Assembly (NCBI GenBank): GCA_963676835.2
Contig: CAXXFF010000002.1
Span: 1,344,001-1,408,000, forward strand
Direction: 5' to 3'
Origin: Marispirochaeta sp.
GTDB taxonomy: Bacteria; Spirochaetota; Spirochaetia; JC444; Marispirochaetaceae
DNA: 64,000 bases
Of the stretch, positions 60,096-64,000 are shown piece by piece. The position numbers were made by a program, and so were the translations under genes. Position 1 is the stretch's first letter. The number at the start of each line of letters is the position of its first letter. The notes beneath the pieces were generated by a model. The model was not told the origin of the DNA, searched no databases, and saw only the letters and a program-made list of their open reading frames with translations.

Positions 60096-60149
60096 AGCTC
60101 CTTTCAAATAAAAAGGGTTTAAACGAATAATTTTGATATTTCGTGATCC

Positions 60150-61538
60150 CTACAAGGAATGAATCGGCCGTTCCCAGGCGGCCATGGCGGCTTCTTTAAC
60201 CGCTTCGGCCAGGCTCGGGTGGGCGTGGATGGTGCGTGCCAGATCTTCGGCACTGCCGCCGAACTCCATCAGCACCGCCGCTTCATGAATCAGCTCCGAT
60301 GCATGTTCTCCGGCTATATGCACCCCTAATACGGTATCATCCTTTTTACGGGTAAGAATCTTCACCATTCCTTCGTTGTTGCCTGCGGCTATTGCCCTTC
60401 CGTTACCGGAGAAGCGGAAAATACCTTTTTTGTACTCTATGCCTTCTTTTCTACACTGCTCCTCGGTCTTTCCAACCATGGCGGCTTCGGGATGGGTGTA
60501 GAGGGCTCCTGGAATAAGGGAGTAGTTTACCTTTCCATATTTACCTGCAAGCATTTCCACACAGGCTGCCGCCTCTTCGCTGGCCTTGTGGGCCAGCATG
60601 GGGCCTGCAATGCAGTCACCTACGGCAAAGATTCCCGCAGCACCGGTTTCGTATCGGTCTGAAACCGTAATACGGCCGTTTTCTGTTTCTATGCCCAGGG
60701 CTATGGTGTCGATTCCTTCCCAAACGGGTTTTCTTCCCGCCGCAACCAGCACCTTGTTGCCTCGAAATTCGCTGAAATTGCCGTCGGCTGCCTGGGCTTT
60801 CAAGTTGACTTCTGAATTACCGCTGTTGCCTTCGAGGATTTTTACTCCGCAGTGGAACTCGATTCCCTGTTTTTCCAGACTCTTCTGTACTGTTTTGGCA
60901 ATATCCCTGTCCCAGCCGGTAAGTATCTCCGGCATGGATTCGATAATCTGCACACAGGCGCCGAGTCTGGACCAGACACTCCCAAGTTCCAGCCCTATTA
61001 CCCCGGCTCCGACAATAAGCAGTCTTTCGGGAATTTCGCTGAATTCCAGGGCATCTGTGGAATCTACTACTGAAGTGTGATCAAAGGGCAGAAAGGGCAG
61101 TTCTGCAGGCCTGCTGCCGGTGGCAATGAGAATGGAGTCCGAGCGGTACTCTTCAGATCCGACTCTGACTATCCCGGGTGTGCTTACCTCGGCGCTGCCC
61201 CGAATAACATCAACCTTGTTTCCTTTCAGCAGGGAGGCAACTCCCCGGGTGAGGCTTCCTACAACCCGGTTCTTACGGCTTATCATGGCTTTGACATCAA
61301 TTGACGGGGGCGCGCAGACAATACCGTGGTCTGCTGCCTCCTTCTGAATCTGCCGGAAGAGGGCGGAGGAGCTTAAAAGGGCCTTGGAAGGAATACAGCC
61401 CACATTAAGGCAGGTTCCTCCCATGGTTGCCGCTTTCTCCACCAGCAGAACCTTCATTCCCAGCTGAGCAGCCCTGATGGCACCAACATAGCCTCCCGGT
61501 CCGGCTCCTATAACAATGAGGTTGTAGTTTGTGCTCAT
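60150..61538 (-). CDS. lpdA: Dihydrolipoyl dehydrogenase (E3)
   Basis: GAGPGGY, GGTCLNVGCIPSK, GAGVIGLE, HAHPSLAE. Confidence 0.95.
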   Translation of the reverse strand: MSTNYNLIVIGAGPGGYVGAIRAAQLGMKVLLVEKAATMGGTCLNVGCIPSKALLSSSALFRQIQKEAADHGIVCAPPSIDVKAMISRKNRVVGSLTRGVASLLKGNKVDVIRGSAEVSTPGIVRVGSEEYRSDSILIATGSRPAELPFLPFDHTSVVDSTDALEFSEIPERLLIVGAGVIGLELGSVWSRLGACVQIIESMPEILTGWDRDIAKTVQKSLEKQGIEFHCGVKILEGNSGNSEVNLKAQAADGNFSEFRGNKVLVAAGRKPVWEGIDTIALGIETENGRITVSDRYETGAAGIFAVGDCIAGPMLAHKASEEAAACVEMLAGKYGKVNYSLIPGALYTHPEAAMVGKTEEQCRKEGIEYKKGIFRFSGNGRAIAAGNNEGMVKILTRKKDDTVLGVHIAGEHASELIHEAAVLMEFGGSAEDLARTIHAHPSLAEAVKEAAMAAWERPIHSL

Positions 61539-61540
61539 CG

Positions 61541-62713
61541 CTATAGTTCCAGCAGGAGCCGCTGGGGATTTTCCAGCTGCCGTTTTATGGATGTCAGAAA
61601 ACCAACAGCTTCTTTTCCGTCGATAATGCGGTGGTCGTAGGTAAGGGCAAGATACATCATGGGACGGATAACCACCTGATCGTTCTCGGCAACCGGACGC
61701 TTCTGTATGGTGTGCATTCCCAGTACTGCTGTCTGGGGCGGTGTGGGGATCGGCGTAGACAGGAGCGAGCCGAAGATGCCGCCGTTGGTTATGGTAAAGG
61801 TTCCTCCGGACATATCGTCCAGGGTGAGTTTCTTTTCCCGTGCTTTGTTTCCGAAGCCGGCAATAGCTCTTTCTATGTCTGCAAAGCCCATGGCTTCGGC
61901 CTGTTTCAGTACAGGAACCACCAGACCGCGATCGGTGGAAACCGCAATTCCCACGTTGCAGGTTTTATAGAGGATCATGTCCGTACCGTCGATGGACGAG
62001 TTTACCCGGGGAAAGTCCTTCAGGGCACGGCAGGCGGCCTTTACAAAAAAGGACATGAATCCGAGCTTTACCTTTTTTGAGGCAAGAAATTCCTCGCCCA
62101 GGCTTTTGCGGATTTCCATAACCGGTGCAAGATTCACCTCGTTGAAGGTGGTAAGGTGGGCGGATTCCCGTTTTGAGGCAACCAGATTTGCCGCTATGCT
62201 CCTGCGGATCCGGGACATGGGCTCCCGGGTGTATTCAGTACCGGTTTTTGCTTCGGTACTCTGTACTGCCGGTGCCGGGACATCCGGTGCGGGCGGCGGT
62301 GCCGGTGCAGATAGAGAATTTTCTTCAGGTATGGTCTCTTCAACATGGGCGCACATATCCGCCTTGGTTACCCTGCCGTCCTTTCCGCTTCCGGAGATCG
62401 TATCAGGATCAACACCGGTCTCCGCTGCCATTCTCCGGACTGCCGGTGACTGATGTCCCGGTTTACTGTCCAGGGCTTCTGCAGGTGTTATGCTGCCTAT
62501 GACGGTACCCGGTGTAACTTCAGTATCCCGGGGTATGAGAATTTTCAGAATACCTTCAGCCGGCGCCGGCACCGCCATGGTCGCTTTGTCGCTTTCCAGT
62601 TCGCAGAGCTCGGCCCCTTCCGTTACGTTGCTTCCGTCTTCAAAAAGCCAGCTGCTCAAGTAGGCGGTGGAAATGGATTCTCCCATTTCCGGAACGGATA
62701 TATCAATTTTCAT
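61541..62713 (-). CDS. sucB: 2-oxoglutarate dehydrogenase E2 (dihydrolipoyl succinyltransferase)
   Basis: Lipoyl ELESDKA, E3-binding [30 protein letters not shown]. Confidence 0.93.
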   Translation of the reverse strand: MKIDISVPEMGESISTAYLSSWLFEDGSNVTEGAELCELESDKATMAVPAPAEGILKILIPRDTEVTPGTVIGSITPAEALDSKPGHQSPAVRRMAAETGVDPDTISGSGKDGRVTKADMCAHVEETIPEENSLSAPAPPPAPDVPAPAVQSTEAKTGTEYTREPMSRIRRSIAANLVASKRESAHLTTFNEVNLAPVMEIRKSLGEEFLASKKVKLGFMSFFVKAACRALKDFPRVNSSIDGTDMILYKTCNVGIAVSTDRGLVVPVLKQAEAMGFADIERAIAGFGNKAREKKLTLDDMSGGTFTITNGGIFGSLLSTPIPTPPQTAVLGMHTIQKRPVAENDQVVIRPMMYLALTYDHRIIDGKEAVGFLTSIKRQLENPQRLLLEL

Positions 62714-64000
62714 TTGGCGTGCTCCTTGAATGCCCCGGTAAGTATTGCTTCGTGTTCAATGAGGTGCCGGGAGTAGCGTCCGGCTGCGGGGCTTGCTTTT
62801 GCCGGTCTGCCGGCATACTCAGTCTTAAGGCCGCTGATTTCTTCCAGATATTCACGGATAAAAGTCCAGGCTCCCTTGTTTCGGGGCTCTTCCTGTACCC
62901 AGCGGATAGTGTGCAGCTTCGGCATCTGTGCAAGTATTCCTCTCAGCCCCTCTGCGTCAAAAGGATAGAGCTGTTCAATTCGCAGCAGGGAGTAGTCCGT
63001 GTCATTGATTTCTGCAAGCCTGTCTGCGAGATCGTGATAGATTTTTCCACTGCAGGCGAGCAGTATGCCCGCATTGCTGTTGCCGTCGTGTATCAGCGGT
63101 TTAAATCCGGGATTCTTGAAATCATCCAGGGGAGAGACCGCCCGCTTGTCCCGGAGAAGGCTCTTGGGGGTCATGACTATCAAAGGTTTACGCCAGTCCG
63201 CTTTTGCCTGCCGACGCAGGAGGTGAAAGTACTGGGCCGGGGTACTGCAGTTGCAGACCTGCATGTTTTCCTCTGCACAGAGCTGAAGAAAGCGCTCCAG
63301 GTAGCCCGAGGAGTGTTCCGGCCCCTGTCCTTCAAAGCCGTGGGGCAGGAGCAGCACCAGGCCGGATGTCTGCTGCCACTTTGTTTCCGATGCAGCAATA
63401 TACTGATCTATAATAACCTGGGCTTCATTTACAAAGTCACCAAACTGGGCCTCCCAGAGTACCAGCACATTGGGCCTTGTAAGGGAGTAGCCGAACTCGA
63501 AACCCAGTACAGCGAATTCCGAAAGGGGGCTGTCGTATACCCGGAAAAACTCCTGGTCCGGGGCAATGTGCTGCAGGGGGTAATATGGCTCAGGCGCCTC
63601 TTCGGTATGGTTCCACCAGACTGCATGGCGCTGGCTGAAGGTTCCCCGGCCGGAATCCTCTCCTGAGAGCCGTACCGGACAGCCTTCGCTTACCAGAGAG
63701 GCAAAAGCAAGCTGCTCCGCTGTAGCCCAGTCTATGGCTGTTCCTTTTTTTATCATCTCCCGGCGGCCCTGAATAATTTTCATAAGTTTCCGGTTGAGGT
63801 TCAGGTCCTCCGGTACATCCGTAAGTCTTTCGCCCAGTTCCTTTAACCGCTTTTTGGCAAGCCCTGTTTTTGTTCCCCCGCTGTGAGTGTAGGGCTTCAG
63901 GGGAGTCTCAGGCTTAAAGGTTCCGCTGTTCTTATCTGCTTCTTTCAGGTACTCCCGGTACTCAGCAAGAAAAGAGTCCTGGTCTGCCTGAGGATAAATT
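62710..64000 (-). CDS. sucA: 2-oxoglutarate dehydrogenase E1, C-terminal part (continues past window edge)
   Basis: [45 protein letters not shown]; frame is open to the window end. Confidence 0.95.
   Translation of the reverse strand, partial: IYPQADQDSFLAEYREYLKEADKNSGTFKPETPLKPYTHSGGTKTGLAKKRLKELGERLTDVPEDLNLNRKLMKIIQGRREMIKKGTAIDWATAEQLAFASLVSEGCPVRLSGEDSGRGTFSQRHAVWWNHTEEAPEPYYPLQHIAPDQEFFRVYDSPLSEFAVLGFEFGYSLTRPNVLVLWEAQFGDFVNEAQVIIDQYIAASETKWQQTSGLVLLLPHGFEGQGPEHSSGYLERFLQLCAEENMQVCNCSTPAQYFHLLRRQAKADWRKPLIVMTPKSLLRDKRAVSPLDDFKNPGFKPLIHDGNSNAGILLACSGKIYHDLADRLAEINDTDYSLLRIEQLYPFDAEGLRGILAQMPKLHTIRWVQEEPRNKGAWTFIREYLEEISGLKTEYAGRPAKASPAAGRYSRHLIEHEAILTGAFKEHAK

Noticed and set aside
60080..60149. 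Frameshifted continuation of rhuM
   Set aside because: The alternative frame I read after the break gives no RhuM-like sequence, and only about 55 nt remain before lpdA, so this is a truncation.

Overview
Chromosomal window from a bacterium, probably a free-living spirochaete (inferred from the TatT/TatP TRAP system and the FAGGQKE/FANGQGE-type signal peptides). It is mostly housekeeping and transport: a MoxR-DUF58-transglutaminase-lipoprotein operon, a TPAT (TatT/TatP/DctQM) transporter, hrpA, a Zn-dehydrogenase/TRAP/GntR cluster, a polar amino-acid ABC transporter, glnS, cheW, coaX with a pantothenate ECF transporter behind a pan-type RNA hairpin, tRNA-Asp, several signalling proteins, uxuA, an orphan DmsA-family molybdoenzyme and sucA-sucB-lpdA. 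I saw no CRISPR array, integrase or transposase. The most notable locus is a type II NADH dehydrogenase fused to a DoxX-like membrane domain. Its predicted periplasmic loop has five tandem 18-aa repeats, each with a [D/E]xxSAA[S/T] motif resembling a flavinylation site, and the gene is coupled to a long-chain polyprenyl synthase. This may be a compact single-chain version of flavin-based extracellular electron transfer. Other candidates are an AT-rich two-gene module (unknown protein plus a CBS-DHp protein with no kinase domain), an unannotated aromatic-rich leader ORF with tandem terminators before a small protein, and a structured intergenic element. All product calls come from motif recognition by eye; no database searches were run.
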